Source of the DNA: Camelus dromedarius
Taxonomy: Eukaryota
Length of the DNA: 64,000 bases
Assembly: GCF_036321535.1 (NCBI RefSeq)
Contig: NC_087437.1
Location: 65,722,001-65,786,000 of the forward strand
Direction of reading: 5' to 3'
The position numbers were made by a program, and so were the translations under genes. The notes beneath the pieces were generated by a model. It saw nothing but the letters and a program-made list of their open reading frames with translations, was not told the DNA's origin and did not search any database. How positions within the stretch are numbered: the stretch's first letter is position 1; the number at the start of each line of letters is the position of its first letter. This document shows positions 1 through 13,590 of the stretch, in pieces.

Positions 1-1811
1 CACAATTATTCAAGATTAGGGAGGAGAAAATAATTTATTTTTAAAAATTCAGAATGATGTTCTGTATCAAAATATTTCTCAAAAGGAAGTTGAATTTGAG
101 TAAAATTTGATGTAAGACAGACTTTTATTTCTACTTCAACATTCTTATAAGAAGGCCCTTTAAACTAGTGAAAGGTCTACATGTAAACATTTTCATCTAT
201 GTATTTATTTTTAAATTATCTCCCAGCTGAAGCTAGAAATGAGAATGAGTGAATAAAAACAGATAATGCAAGACTGAGTGATATTGGGAAAGGGCAGGAA
301 AAAGATTATGGTATAAAAGATAGGCACAGAGAAAATATCCTCGTAGGAACACATTTTTTAAAGATGCTTTGGCAGGGGATGAGGAATGCATTTATTCTAC
401 AATCTATACTCCCAGTTCTATGGTAACTATATCTAAAGTTTAAAAACTGAAAGTAGTTGAATCCTCTTCTGTACTCTGAAACTGAACAGAAAGCAGATTC
501 TTAAAAATAATATATGATAACATGCATCACATATTACCCAGGGATGCCACGATGGGATTGGTCTGGGCTCCAGGTACCCACTTCCACATAATCTTGAATG
601 AGCTATTTCGCCTCTACTAACTCATCTATAAAAATGAGGAATTGGTACCTCGTTTTCAGTGGTAATCATTGGAGTTTCTTTTACCTAGGACAAAACAGGC
701 CATGGGGCTTCTTTTGACATCTGAGAGCTTGTTTTCCTGCTTATAGGAAAGCAGTAACAATGTCTATGTTAATGCTTTAATTCTAGATGGAAAAGGGATC
801 ATTCAGATGCTCCTGAAGTTTGGTATTCTGTAGACAAAAGAGCCAGTTGGGCTTTTTCACCTAGAAGTTATTATGTAAACAACCCAGGAACAGATAAGAG
901 ACTATACAAATCATCCTACATGTCAGTAATAACTGGGATCAAACTGTTTTACTCTTGTCTTTGCGGCTTAATTCACTGGCTTCAGCCAGATCAAGTTTCA
1001 GTTACTCAAAAGAGTCTTGTCAGAAAGTAATTTTTAGTTCTTGTCTCCTGTAGGCCATTGAAATTTTTGAGAATGAAAGGAATTCACTTCCATAAATACT
1101 GTTTGAAATAGATTTTTAAAAAATAAAATTTAATTATGGTACTGAAAGAATAAGTAAGTTTAGTGTTTTGCTTATATTTAGGAATAAGTGGAAAATTTGT
1201 ATCTAGTTTAAATGTGTTTGACTTGAAAACTACAATCTAATGTTTTTTATTGAGTGTGTTTTCCAAAGTGGCCACTGAATAGTTAAATGACAAGAAAATA
1301 AGAAAAAATTTCAAAACATTTGTGCAAGTGGTGATTTATAAACAGCCTCACTGAAGGTAATGGCTCCTTTTCTTCTTTTTACCTTTTGCTCCCCCTTTTT
1401 TCTTTCTCCTTTCTCCATTCTGCCATGTCTTCCTGACAGAGCCCCCAGACTGTGTAGAACTTGACTTGACTTCTCTGGAATGGATTGACTAAGGGAAGAT
1501 GGCAGCTGTTTAAGGGAGAAGGTCAAGTAGCTCAGTCACAAAAAAGGAGTGACAAGAGCTGACACTAGCTGATAAGATTGCTTTTTCTTCTTTTTTTTTT
1601 AATCTTCTTGCTTTCTTTCCTCCTCCTGTTTTTTTTTTTATTTCTTTGATTATCACTCCTTTCATTTGTGTTTAGTCATTTAAATCACAGCTTCTTGTCC
1701 CTCTTTTGAGTTTTCAAGACACCAATCAAAATAGGATGAAAGCAGGGAAAAAAGAGTAACTATTTGATAGCTGGAGAGAAGAGAATCCTTAGTCCCAAAG
1801 GAGAACTATCT

Positions 1812-2420
1812 TTTTAAAAATCAGTAAGTCATACATATCTGTAGAAAATGCATATATGATAGCATTTACCTTGATGAATTTTCACAAATTGAATGCAACC
1901 ATTTAATTAATACTCAGATCAAGAAACAGAATATTAGAAGCATTCCAGAAACCCTAAATCCCAAGGCTCCTTCTAGTCCTAACATTCCTCTTCAATATTA
2001 ACTGTTATCGTGATTTCCAATAGCACAGATTTCCCTGTATTCATATTTTATATCAGTTGAATCATATCATATATATTCTTTGTGTCTGTTCTTTTGTTCA
2101 ATGTTACATTTGTGAATTTTTTTCTTATTGTTGTATACAGTTTTAGATCTTAATTCTCATGGCAGGATAGTATTCCATTGTGTGAAAATACCACTATTTT
2201 TTCCTTATTATTTTTGTTGGACATTTGGGTAGTTTCCAGTTTGGGGCTATTATAAATAGTGTTTCTGTATATATTCAAGTGCTTGGGTTTTTTTTTGTTT
2301 GTTTCTTTGTTTTTTTGGTGAATACGTGTATGCCTTTCTACTGGGTGTATCCTGGGAGTGGAATTGCTGAGTCATATGCACATTTTTGGCTTCACTTCTA
2401 CCAAGCACTTTTGTTGTTAT
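1812..2420 (-). mobile_element. Old L1 3' end fragment (L1MC/L1MD-like)
   Basis: Typical antisense L1 3' sequence: tagtattccattgtgtg, ggacatttgggtagtttccagtttggggctattataaat, gggagtggaattgctgagtcat. Confidence 0.8.
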
Positions 2421-3274
2421 AATGGTTTCACACTCCAGGGAAAGAATATGATTTTTGCTGTGCACACAAAGAATGCCTTTCCTCTTCCTTCCCTTTTATA
2501 GTTAGACTTACCTGCATTCACATCTGTTTTATTCTTTTACATGAAGCTTATTTGCTTTTCCTAGGTTTAATAAAGTTGGATAGTCTAAGCTTAATGGAGC
2601 CTTCTTCTGAGAACAGAGACTGAGAATGTTGTATAAAAATCTCACTATTCTCCTGTTTGCCCTTCTAGCAACTATGACAGGAAGTTACTCTAATTTTCTT
2701 CAGTGCTTTTTTCAGGGAGCTCTAACCATATATTTAACTTTTCTAAAATCATGCACAGTTCTGTTCCCTAATCATACCAGGTTGTACTTCCCTCCTCACC
2801 TCTTGATTCAACTAGAGACCTAACATCTGTTTTTCAATTATACTGAGAGAAAAATAAAAACCAATAAGTGATCATATTTTCAGTCATATACAGGAGCTAT
2901 AGCAAATAATTTAGGGACAGAGAAAAAAGAATAATCTTTTAAGGGACAGATTAAGAGAATATGAATGCCTTACGTCAGCTTTTCAAACCATTAATCTTTT
3001 GTCTGCTAATCCAATAATTGATCATGTTTGATGGTCTCAATAGGGATTTCAGCAAAAACTAGGTCAAGAGGCCAACTATGCTTGATTGCTGATTAGCCTT
3101 GAAACATACCAGGGTTTTCTAGTATCACAGAATTCCCAGGACTCTTCAGGCTTTCCATTCAGCCTGTTTCAACTCAAAGTTTTGGAACTCCACTATCATT
3201 GAGAAGCCTTAAAACACTCTTTTGGTTGAGTTAATGCTGGCATATTTGTCTCCTACCAAGGTTAGATCCAATTC

Positions 3275-3690
3275 AAGCATCCATTCTCCAAGTATCTGTT
3301 GAACACTTATAATATAGCATGCTGATTTACATATTTATTTAAATCAGCATGCTGCTGATTTAATATTGGACTAACCAGATAGAGTTCCTGTGTCCTTGTA
3401 GAATTTATAGCCTAGTGAATAGATAAAATTTATAAATAAGAGATGAATAAATATATAAAAAGTTTGTGATTAGGCTAAGAAGAAAATAAGCAGAATACAG
3501 TAGCCAAGCATAATGAAACAAGAAGGTGAAAATGTCTCAGATAGGACATCAGGGTCTCTGGAAGGTGGGGTTTAAACTAAGATGTAAATGATAAGAAGAA
3601 ACCAGCCATGTAAAAAGAAGTAGGGGGAAGTATTAGAAGGGAACAGCATATGAAAAGGGGCCAATGCAGTTGAGAAATAGTCGGGCAAAT
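3275..3690 (-). mobile_element. L2 3' fragment
   Basis: caagtatctgttgaacactta ... aaactaagatgtaaatgataagaagaaaccagccatg resembles the antisense L2 3' end. Confidence 0.6.
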
Positions 3691-3775
3691 TTTAAAGAAA
3701 TGTATATTCCTTCTCAATTTATTTGGAATCTATAATACAAAATTTGGATTTTCCAGCTCTTTTAAAAGGTAGCAT

Positions 3776-3928
3776 AGTAACCTATAATTAAAAGTAGTAA
3801 CATACAATGAAAAAGAATATGAAAACAAATACATGTATGTATATGTATGATTGAAATATTATGCTGTACACCAGAAGCTGACACACTGTAACTGACTGTA
3901 CTTCAATTAAATAAATAAATAAATAAAA
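3776..3928 (+). mobile_element. Short lineage-specific L1 3' tail
   Basis: gaaatattatgctgtacaccagaagctgacacactgtaactgactgtacttcaat plus an (aaat)n tail; same terminus as the copies ending near 13030 and 15430. Possible degenerate TSD taaaaggtagca/taaaagataaca. Confidence 0.75.
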
Positions 3929-5071
3929 GATAACAAGGACAGTCAATTTGTTAATAGTAAATCTTGTATAAATGTGAGATATGACTCTAATTGCTCTCTG
4001 CTAAATACTAGTTGTTTGGCAGCACGCGTGTGGATCAGAACTGGAAAAGGGGGATAGGAACAAGGAGTCAAAATGAAATGGCAGAAAATAATCAGTTCAT
4101 TGGCACACCCAGGTCACTGATAAAGGCAAAGCACTAACATAGCCGAGGTCCAAAGTGCTTGTCAGGAGCCAGAGCTGCAGTCAAGGGGAACAGAGTCTAG
4201 TAATATTGGCAAGGTCAACATTCTAAAACATCTAAAAAATGGCTGTCAAACCAAGAGAGTTTCCTGGTCCCTTGGCTCCTTGGAGGAAGCAACATGATGA
4301 GTTAGACAGGTTGAAGCAGGCAAGGGACAAGTAGGAAGTCGGAGTCAGAATATACAAGAAGCGAGAGGGTCATGAGAGGGTGAGTCAGATACTGGAGAGC
4401 AACTAAGGAGGGAAGCCACATAACCAGAGAAGCAGTAAGAAATCAAAGATAACAGGTATAAGGCATCCAGGGGAAAGCAGCACTTTGATAACAGAGGGAA
4501 GGATTTCAGGCATTCATTTTTACCATCTCAGAGGAAGATAGATGCCACTGCAAAACAGGGGTTAAGATTTTAAGAGTTAATCTCTGTAACTTCCTTATGT
4601 TTATAATTTTTACTATAAAAGGAGTAAAAAATTGTTTCGCCAAAACAATTAGAAGAAACACCCTTAAAACCAATAGGGCCTGTGGGCCTCAGGAGGCTGT
4701 GAGACTGGGGAGCTAAAGAAGTCTGTGTCCCACCCTGTAGCCAAGGTAGGGGGGAAACAGATCTCCAGGGATGGTAACAGCTTCAGAAAGAAAGCAGGAG
4801 AACACAGAGAGCTGCTCTGGAAACCCTGGGCAGTACAAGGGTCTAAATAAGATTCCCTGATACTTGGTAACCAGATATGTGGTTGACTCCACTTGGACTC
4901 ATACTGATTCCCCTGAGGGGCCCAGCAGGAAGCTTGGGGATCCAGGAATGCAGATGAAAGAAAGGATGACTGGTCCAGGCAGATGTAGTGGTGGCCATCA
5001 TCTCATCTTCAGATGAGGTGGCATACTTAGACCTGAGCCAGGATAGATCCCTAAGAAGAAAGTCTTCAGAA

Positions 5072-5231
5072 CCTTGCTACCTAGAGTGTGATACATGGAC
5101 CAGCAGCATTGGATTCACCTGGGATACTGTTAGAAATTCAGAATCTCAGGCCCCAGCCCAGACCTACTAAATAAGAACTTGCATTTTAAATTACAGGCGA
5201 TTCTATGTAATTTAAAGTTTGCAAAGCACAG
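5072..5231. mobile_element. MER5A-like hAT-Charlie MITE
   Basis: ggaccagcagcatt...cacctggga...tgttagaaattcagaatctcaggccccagcccagacctact...tgcattttaa...aaagtttgcaaagcac. Confidence 0.85.
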
Positions 5232-7829
5232 GTCTACGACATCACTGAAGAATCCAAAAGACCATTATGACTACATCAAGAGAGGACAGGAGGTGGAAGC
5301 TACTCTGTGGAACTGGAGGCAGATGATGAGTTGCAGTTTGATTCAAAGCTAGACTGGGGAAAATCCAAGGGTAAAGAGCTGGCTCAGCACTACTGCAGGT
5401 GGCAGGGCAGCACCGCTTGGTGAGAGAACAGATTCCTTTCCTTGGCCAGAAAAGCAGGTAAGATTAAAAAAAAAAAAAAAAATCAGGAGAAAGTCTCACA
5501 TGACTGGGAGAAGATACCCTAGCCATGAAGAGCCAGGGAGTAAACTGGTGAGAGGCTCTGTTATAAGACCAAAAAAAAAAAAAAAAAAGAGAGAGAGAGA
5601 GAGAGAGAAAGAGAAGAGAAACAGAGAGATGCAGAGTCCAAAGGAGGCAAATGACAGCATTCCATCAGAGAAAGCCAGGCCAACTCACACCGAAAGATTT
5701 CCAAGTATTCAGAACAAAGAGATCTGTTTGCTTTTCTTTGTTCTTCTGAACAGCAGTCCTAGGGAACATTCCAATGAAGACTAGGTACCATTTCATAAAA
5801 GCAAACTATGAAGAAATCTTACAGAAGTCAGACAAGTCCAGTATGGATATCTGACTATCCCTGCTTGTCCAGCCTCGTATCCTACTAGGCTTCACTTCAT
5901 ACTTTATATTCTAGCAATACTGAGATGGGTTTAGACCCAGAAGTTTCCATGTACCCTAGTGTGTAAAAGACATGCCATGGGGTAGTTGAGGGAAAATGTG
6001 TGACACTTCTAAGGAATCCTAAACTACTTTAAAGGTTTCAAAAGGGCTGGATTTTCTGCTGAGTATGTTGGGAACAGAGTTAGGGACATAGTGTCATGAT
6101 GAATTTTGTGCCCTGAGTTTTATCCTCAAGCAAGGATGAGTAAGTAACTGGGGTTTCACTGGTAATTGTTATATTTTTGTAATTATTTGTTTGGATGTCT
6201 ACTAAGAGGTCATCTTTCCACCCTTGTGTCTACAGCACTCAGCTTTGCTCCTAACACAGAGAAGGTACTCAGTTCATATGACTTGGATAAATAAATAATT
6301 GCCTTGACTCACAGGCTTGTATGGGCTCCCTATAAAGACAACCATCAGTAAACAATTTGGTCCAAGTCAGTAAATAAAATAAAAAAACAAACAAATAAAC
6401 AACAGAAAAACATTCCTGGAGCAGTGAAGCAATCAGGCTGAGAGGAAGGAAGATGCAAAAACTAGCCCTGACTTCTTGTTAGTCCTAAATTTCCAGCTAT
6501 TTCCAGAGGTAACTTTTTTATTGAAACTAAAACTTAATAGGTCAGAAACTATCACCTTCAAAACATTATACCTTCCTAAATTCTCCATTATCATTGATGA
6601 TACACATAGCCTCAATTTTACCCTTACTCACAATCTCAAATTTACCTTTTCTTTTCTTTGTTCCATATATACATCTTGGTACAAAGTTCTGTAGTTTGTT
6701 TTACTGAACGTCTTTCATGTTTCTTCATTCCTATCTTATCCCATAGTTGTCATTCTTGTACAAACACTAATCATTTTACCTTCATATCATCACAATATCC
6801 TCCTGGCTAGACTTTCTTCCTCTGGTCTCCAGTCCTTCCCGGCACAGTTTCCAAAAAATCTTTTCATCTTGTCATTCTCTTGCTTAAGAACAACCAATTT
6901 CTTCCAATTGTCTATTGACTCAAATATAAATAGGTAGATAGATAGGTGTGCATTTATTAATATTTCCTAATTTGTTAGTATTCTCTGCATGGTGTAAATC
7001 AGATTAATAGTCTTACCATTACCCACCCCCTCTTGATCACTCCCATTTTTTGTTCATTTTCTAATGTTTTTCTCTTTGCCTGGATGGCTCTCAGCATCTC
7101 CCCATCAATTCATGGCCAGGATTCAATTAAACTCAGATTTAAGATTCACTTGCTACCTTCTTTGATTAAGCCTAGGCCACGCTGATAGTCACCTTGATTT
7201 TCATTTCTATGTACTTTCATATATATATAATTCTACTTATATGTTAATATTTATTTTATCATCCAAACTAATTCATATAAAATTAAAGGACTTTATTACT
7301 TTAATGTTTCATCAGTGTAGAGTAGAATTGTATACAAACTAGATTATTACTAATTATTTGGGAAGAAATAAATGAATGGTTTTGCTTTGAAATATTGATG
7401 CTGATATTTATTTTTCTTCATGAATAGATTATTTGATTCATCCATCTATAGATTCATTCATTCACAGATCAACTGCTTATTGAATACCTTTTGTTCCAAA
7501 CCTGAAGTAGACCTAGAGATCCCAAGATGAATGAGACACAGTCACTATCCACAAGGAGCTTACAGACCAGTAAGGAGACAGAGAAGAAACTAGATAATTG
7601 TAATTATATCAGATACCTGGAACTGTCACCTAGTTTTCTAGGAATTCCCCTCCCCAACCCACATAGTCATAACCCTACCCTCTCTTATCCAAGATGATTG
7701 ACCCATCAGTAAGCAATTGTCTCATGAGTATTTTACATTTATATTGAAGCAATGATTCTTCAGACCAATGGTAAAAAGCTATATACCCTTCAGTTAGTTT
7801 TGTTTGGTGCCTGGCAAGACAAGAGCAGT

Positions 7830-8830
7830 TAGATTGAGTAACTCATCAGTGGTGATATTGGTCTGAAGAGAATGATTAGAAGAACCTTAGGGACCTGAAC
7901 AAGATATACTCTCCACTGTTCTCAGAGCAAAGTGCTCTGAATAGAAAAGCTCACTGAATTGTTCTAAACTGGATGTTCTAAATAGCTTATATCTTGAGAT
8001 GATTCAGATTATATAATTTATGACAGCTAGGAAGAATTTTATTTTCAATTCTGTCTTTTCCTCTTCCCTGGCGCCTATCTGATTTTCAGTTATTGACTTC
8101 CTCATAATCTCGCATTCTTTTTTCCTTCTCTTCGTTGATCTTCAGTGGAACCTTGTTTTTCTTAATTCCCTGTTGGAACATATATTTTAGTAGTGTCATG
8201 ATTCATGGCATTCTGATACTGCAGGTTCAGGAATACATCTATTTGGTAAGATGAGGTGAAAGAAAAAACATTGACAGTGACCTTGATAAGTCAGAAAATA
8301 GAACAACAGGATGAAATTCAATGAAGAAAATTCAAGGTAGTTGATTTATAGACAGAGGCACAAAAATATAAATACAAAGCAGAGAACAATATTGTGCAAC
8401 TGTGTAATGCTTCACAGCAAATACAATGATTTGGAGAAGGGGAAGAAAAGAGAGATGAATTGCATTAAACTTCTTGTATACTTGAAAAATTTTAAGAGAC
8501 TAGTGCTCAACTAGAACAACTATTCTCCATGGATGAAAAAAAGAAGAAGAAAAAGAAAAGAAAAGGAAAGAAATTGGCTTAGAATAAAGAACATTATTTT
8601 TGGTTGTATACCAGCAAAGCTTTCTTAACTATTGAAGGGATAAAATACTGAAATAGGCTCCTAAGGGAGACAGTAAAATCTCTAATCCTTCAATAAATAT
8701 TTTTGCTATCCTTGGGGAATCATCATAAAGAAGACAGAAAACTCCCTGAGCTGGAGGATTTAGTTCTTTGCCTGCTTAAAGTAATGTAGCTGAACAATCT
8801 TTCACATTCTCCCTGACTTTAGAATACTTC
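7830..8830 (+). mobile_element. CR1/L3 LINE fragment
   Basis: Sequence near 8302-8330 translates NNRMKFNEE, preceded by gaccttgataag (DLD), matching CR1 ORF2. A CR1-like 3' region follows (tgaaataggctcctaagggagacagtaaaatctct). Confidence 0.6.
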
Positions 8831-9456
8831 CAAAAACATGATTCAGGGGAATTCAGGATTCTAGAAAGTGAATTCTTTAGAGCTAAGCTGAATTAATCCC
8901 ATGCCATACCCTAACTTTCTAAAACAAACAAAAAAAGGAGGTACTTATATTTTATAAAGGCCCTTCTAATTTTAAGTTTGACTCTTCAAAGTTTGTTGAT
9001 CTCCATGACTAGCTGTGGTTTGGAGAAATGTCTCCTATTTTATAGCAGCATTGCCCTCATACACCACTTGTGACAGCTAACATTTTTCTGTCATCAAGTT
9101 TAGAATGAAGATTAAAGATAGAAATAATTCCCTCTAATTAGCATAACAACTAAATAAAAATGGTCTGTTTCATAGTTTCTAAAAACGCCCTTGTGAACCT
9201 ATGTTCTATTCCAGAATCTAAATTCTTTTTCTTCCTCTGCCCCTACCACATCTTAATTATAGCTCTAAAGTATCCTAAATTCTAGAAATATGAACACTGT
9301 CTTGCATTTCTTGATCCAGAGGCCGCGGTGGGTGTTGGGGGACTTTTGAGGAACGCCCGACGAAAGACATTCAACAAAATGAGAGGTGATATACATAGCA
9401 GAGCAAGACTGACATTTACTTTAATAGCAACCTCCTCCCGACTTCAAGTTCTAGAT

Positions 9457-9751
9457 ATGAGCTACCCAATAGAAATAAAACTACATGGATAGTTTTAAAT
9501 TTTCTGGTAGCTACACTGAAAAACAATGAACAAGGTAAATATGTTTTTATTTTTTATTTAACCCAACATAAACACACTATCATTTCAATATGCAGTTAAT
9601 ATAAAAAACATTAATGAGGTAGTCTACATTCTTTGAAATCTGGTTTGTATTCTGTAAGTGTGAACTTACAGAATATCCCAGTTTGGACTATCCATATTTC
9701 AAGAGCTCAATAGCCACATATATCTAGTAGCTACTATGTTGGACAGAGAAG
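9457..9751. mobile_element. MER33-like hAT-Charlie MITE
   Basis: MER33/MER3-type body ending ctcaatagccacat...ctagtagctactatgttggacag. 8-bp TSD ttctagat (9449-9456) / ttctagac (9752-9759). Confidence 0.85.
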
Positions 9752-9904
9752 TTCTAGACCATATAACTAACCTCAGCTGCAAGGAAGGCAAAAAGCAAAA
9801 CAAGGAAATGGTGAAGTTTCTCTGTGGTATTTGCCCCAGCACTTCACTAATTCTTTTCCCTCTTACCATATAGGAAAAAATATTTTGAGAGGGCATTGTT
9901 AGGA

Positions 9905-10220
9905 CATTGTCAAGTCTTTGCTTAAATGGTACTTTCTTATTCCCACCTGATCACTCTGTAAAATATTGCAACTCTTTCCCATATCACACTCCCCTTCCAT
10001 TGTGCTCTTTATTCCATAGCACTATAACCTTCTAATTAATACTCTATATTATTTATTTATTATTGTGTTGTTCATTGTCTGTCTTCCTCCCCTATAGAAT
10101 GTAAGAGAAGAGGAGGGCAGGTTATATGTCTGTTTAGGTCACTAAGGTAACCAAAGTAACTGGACCAGTGCCTGGCATATAGTAGGTCCTGTAACAATAG
10201 CAGATGAATATTGGAAGAAT
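9905..10220 (+). mobile_element. L2a 3' end
   Basis: ttgtctgtcttcctcccctatagaatgtaag...cagtgcctggcatatagtaggt...gaatgag. Confidence 0.75.
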
Positions 10221-11844
10221 GAGTAGAACTTTAAAGCTTGGAATTTTATAGACATTGGGGCCAGAGAAGGTGACTTGTCAAGATCAAGCAAGCTGGTCAA
10301 TGGCAGAGCCAGTCATAAGACACAAGTTTTTGAACCACTCATCTGTAGCTTTTTATACCATTCCATGTATAGAAAGAGAGGCAGAAAAATAATTCAGTTA
10401 TTAGTTATGAAATACAAATTATGGTATTGATAGTACAACAAATTTGTGTTGGATTATGAGTTCCTAGAGGGCAGAGGCCGTGTTCTCATTCAGCTGTGAA
10501 CCTTCCTCCCCAGCCCCATAACTGCAAAGAATATTTTATGCATTATAGGTACTGAATTAATAACAGAATTAGTGGTGAGTGGTATCTGGTTTGTGGTATA
10601 ATGTGTGGTTTTCTTTAATTGGGAAAACAGTGGGAAGAAGTTGCTGTGTTCATCACAGAAGATTATTAGCCTTTCATCATGGCTTGGAGAGTTTGGGATG
10701 AGCTGACATATCTCCTGCTACTGTAAACAATTAGCCTGTGGAGCTGAATCACTAAAATCTCAGGGAAAAAAAGATGATTCCAGAGGCAGATTTTGACAAC
10801 TGTCTAGTTTCTAATTCTCCTTAAAGATCTGACAGGTTGTTATCAGATCATGACTGTTGATAGTTCAATTAAATTTGATGTTTATGTTTCTGAGATTCTG
10901 GCTTTTCAGACTGAAATCAATGTGGTGATGGCAAATAATGAGGCTGACTAAATAAGCAACAAAAACTGCCCATTGTATGTACCTGTAATAAAACTTAGCT
11001 ATTGCCATGATGTGAAATTTTTATTCATGAGATTTTTATGTAATAAAATATAATCTCTCTTTTAAGAATGTTCACAACATCCTTAATCTTTTGATACCTT
11101 TGGGAGAATGGAAAGAGACAGCTGTTACCCTTCTTCACCAGAGAAGTAGACAGAGATGGAAAAAGACATCTGCTGGTTATTCAGCAAGTTAGCAGTCATA
11201 TCAAAAATCCAAATCTCTGCATTCTAAGGACACCGAAGAAAGACTTTGTATAGGAGTCTAGTAGTCTTTGATATCCATTTGAACTAAAGGTCATGTCCTC
11301 ACTTAAAAGTGCTGTTAGCCAGGATCCTGAGAAGTCCTATTTGCATAGGAAATCCATAATCAAAAGTTGACAGAAACATACTATTGGCATCCTAGTAGCT
11401 TGCTCAGCTTGAACATATGCTATCTGATCCTTTTTTAGAATCATTTTAAAAAAACAGTGCTGGAACTTTGGGTGCAGCTTAAAGTACAAACCTAGGACAA
11501 CTAGGAGCAATGCCCATATAACTGAATTTGAATCTGAATGGAGAATTTCAGTAACTTTGAAACAAATTGTGAGCATCACACTATCATTTTTTTGAATTTC
11601 AAGTTTTCTTTAAGGAACTACAGATTGAAAAGCCATAAAAATTAAGCCATATTTTGCAGATTAATCTGGCTGGATATGTTAAAATGTCTTCATTTGCCAT
11701 CGCTGGGGTCCAGTATACGGGAGACATTCTTCAGAGACTAATGTTTTCCTGGGCTGGCAGTATTTTATTGTCAGGCAGGTGCTACACAAATCCAATTTGA
11801 GTTTCTATCTATGGTTCCATCCTATATTAATCTGATTCTGAAAC

Positions 11845-12005
11845 AAGCAGTGTGGCTAAGGAAAGAATGCATTGTCTTGAGGATCAAAAGAATAGGTTTA
11901 AATCCAGCTCAATCACTTACAGTGCAACCTCAGGAAGACCATTTAACTTCTTTGAGCCTTAATCAAGGGAAAGGGAGATAATTCTAGATGAAAGAAAATT
12001 TATGA
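11845..12005 (+). mobile_element. MIR fragment
   Basis: agcagtgtggctaaggaaagaatgca...ggtttaaatccagctcaatcactta...atttaacttctttgagcct. Confidence 0.65.
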
Positions 12006-12072
12006 CCAGAGACCTAGAGATGAAGGTTATAGAGGACCTTGGGCTTGAGTAAGGCAGACATCACATATTCAA

Positions 12073-12119
12073 AAGAAGAAGAAGAAGAAAAAGAGGAAGA
12101 GGAGGAGGAGGAGGCAGCA
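12073..12119 (+). repeat. Compound (GAA)n/(GAG)n trinucleotide tract
   Basis: Direct reading. Confidence 0.9.
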
Positions 12120-12204
12120 GGGATAGTTAGATTAATCAGGCCAGAATAAGGATGTGAACTTAACTCAGTGGGTAACTGGCAACCAGAACAACATGAGAAG
12201 ATCA

Positions 12205-13032
12205 TATACTGTTCAGAATGACCATCATTAAAAAGGTCCACAAACAATAAATGCTGGAGAGGGTGAGGAGGAAGGGGAACCCTCCTACACTGTTGATGGG
12301 AATGTAAATTGGTACAGTCACTATAGAAAACAGTATGGAAGTTCCTTAAGAAACTAAAAACAGAGTTACCATGTAATCCAGCAATCCCATTGCTGGGCAC
12401 ATATCCAGAGAATACTCCAATTTGAAAAGAAACACGCACCCCAGTGTTCATGGCAGCGTTATTTACAATAGCCAAGACATGGAAACAACATAAATGTCTA
12501 TTGACAGATGAATGAATAAAGAAGACATGGTGTGGGTGTGTGTGTGTATGTATGTATGTGTATATATTACATATATATAATGGAATACTACTCAGCTATA
12601 AAAAAAGAATTAAATAATGCCATTTGCAGCAACATGGGAGGACCTAGAAATTATCATACTAAGTGAAGTAAATCAGAGAAAGACAAATATTACATAATAT
12701 CACTTATATGTGGAATCTAAAAAATGATACCAATAAGCTTATTTACAAAACAGAAACAGACTCACAGACATAGAAAACAAACTTATGGTTATCAAAGGGG
12801 AAAGAGCAGGTGAGGGATAAATTAGGAGTTTGGGATTAGCAGATACAAACTATATATAAAAGATAAACAGCAAGGTCCTACTGTATAGCACAGGGAACTA
12901 TATTCAGTATCTTCTAATAGCTTATAATGGAAAAGAATCTGAAAAAGAATATATATGTATAACTGAATCACTATACTGTACACCAGAAATTAACACAACA
13001 TTGTAAATCAACTATACTTCAATTTTTTAAAA
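12205..13032 (+). mobile_element. 5'-truncated L1 (ORF2 C-terminus plus 3'UTR), relatively young cetartiodactyl-type
   Basis: cagaatgaccatcattaaaaag...aaatgctggagagggtg...ccagcaatcccattgctgggcacatatcc...ggtcctactgtatagcacagggaactatattcag...tgtaaatcaactatacttcaat. Confidence 0.92.
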
Positions 13033-13179
13033 ATGTGGTTAGTGAAAGAAAAGAAAAGAAGTGTGTAAAAGATTGGCCAAGAGTGGTAGCAGTATGCATC
13101 AAAGAGCAAAGTGCCTAGAACTGGGAAGGCCTCCCAAAAGTGCATTGCAATAATTTGTATGTGAGGTGAGGAGATCTGA

Positions 13180-13590
13180 AGTAGCATTGTGGTAGAGAGA
13201 AATAGAAGGAAGAAAATCAGTAGCACTTGCTGAGTCTCAATCTCTCTCTCTCTCTCTTTACATATATATAATACATATATATAAATGAAAGGAGGAGAAG
13301 TATGAGTTGAAGATGACTACACATTTTCAGCCTGGGCAATGGCAAAGGTGATGATGTCATACACAGAGAAAGATGGGAGAGGAGAATAGAAAGGGTTTCC
13401 AAGATGTTGCATTAGAGTGCTGATGGCAAGTCATCCATGGGAAACCACTGATTGAGCTTTTGGTGTGTGGACCTGGTGATGTGGACATATCCAGATTAAA
13501 TAAGATGGTGATAGTTGAAGTCTTTGGAACAGATGAGCTCTTCTGGTGAATAGAGAAAAGAGAGAGCATAACTCTCTTTAGGATTTAGGA
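13180..13590 (-). mobile_element. L2 fragment
   Basis: gaagatgactacacattttcagcctgggcaatggcaaaggtgatgatgtcat resembles the antisense L2 body. Confidence 0.55.

Noticed and set aside
12014..12475. 153-aa minus-strand ORF
   Set aside because: Antisense translation of an L1 ORF2 end plus a GAA/GAG repeat; a typical spurious peptide.
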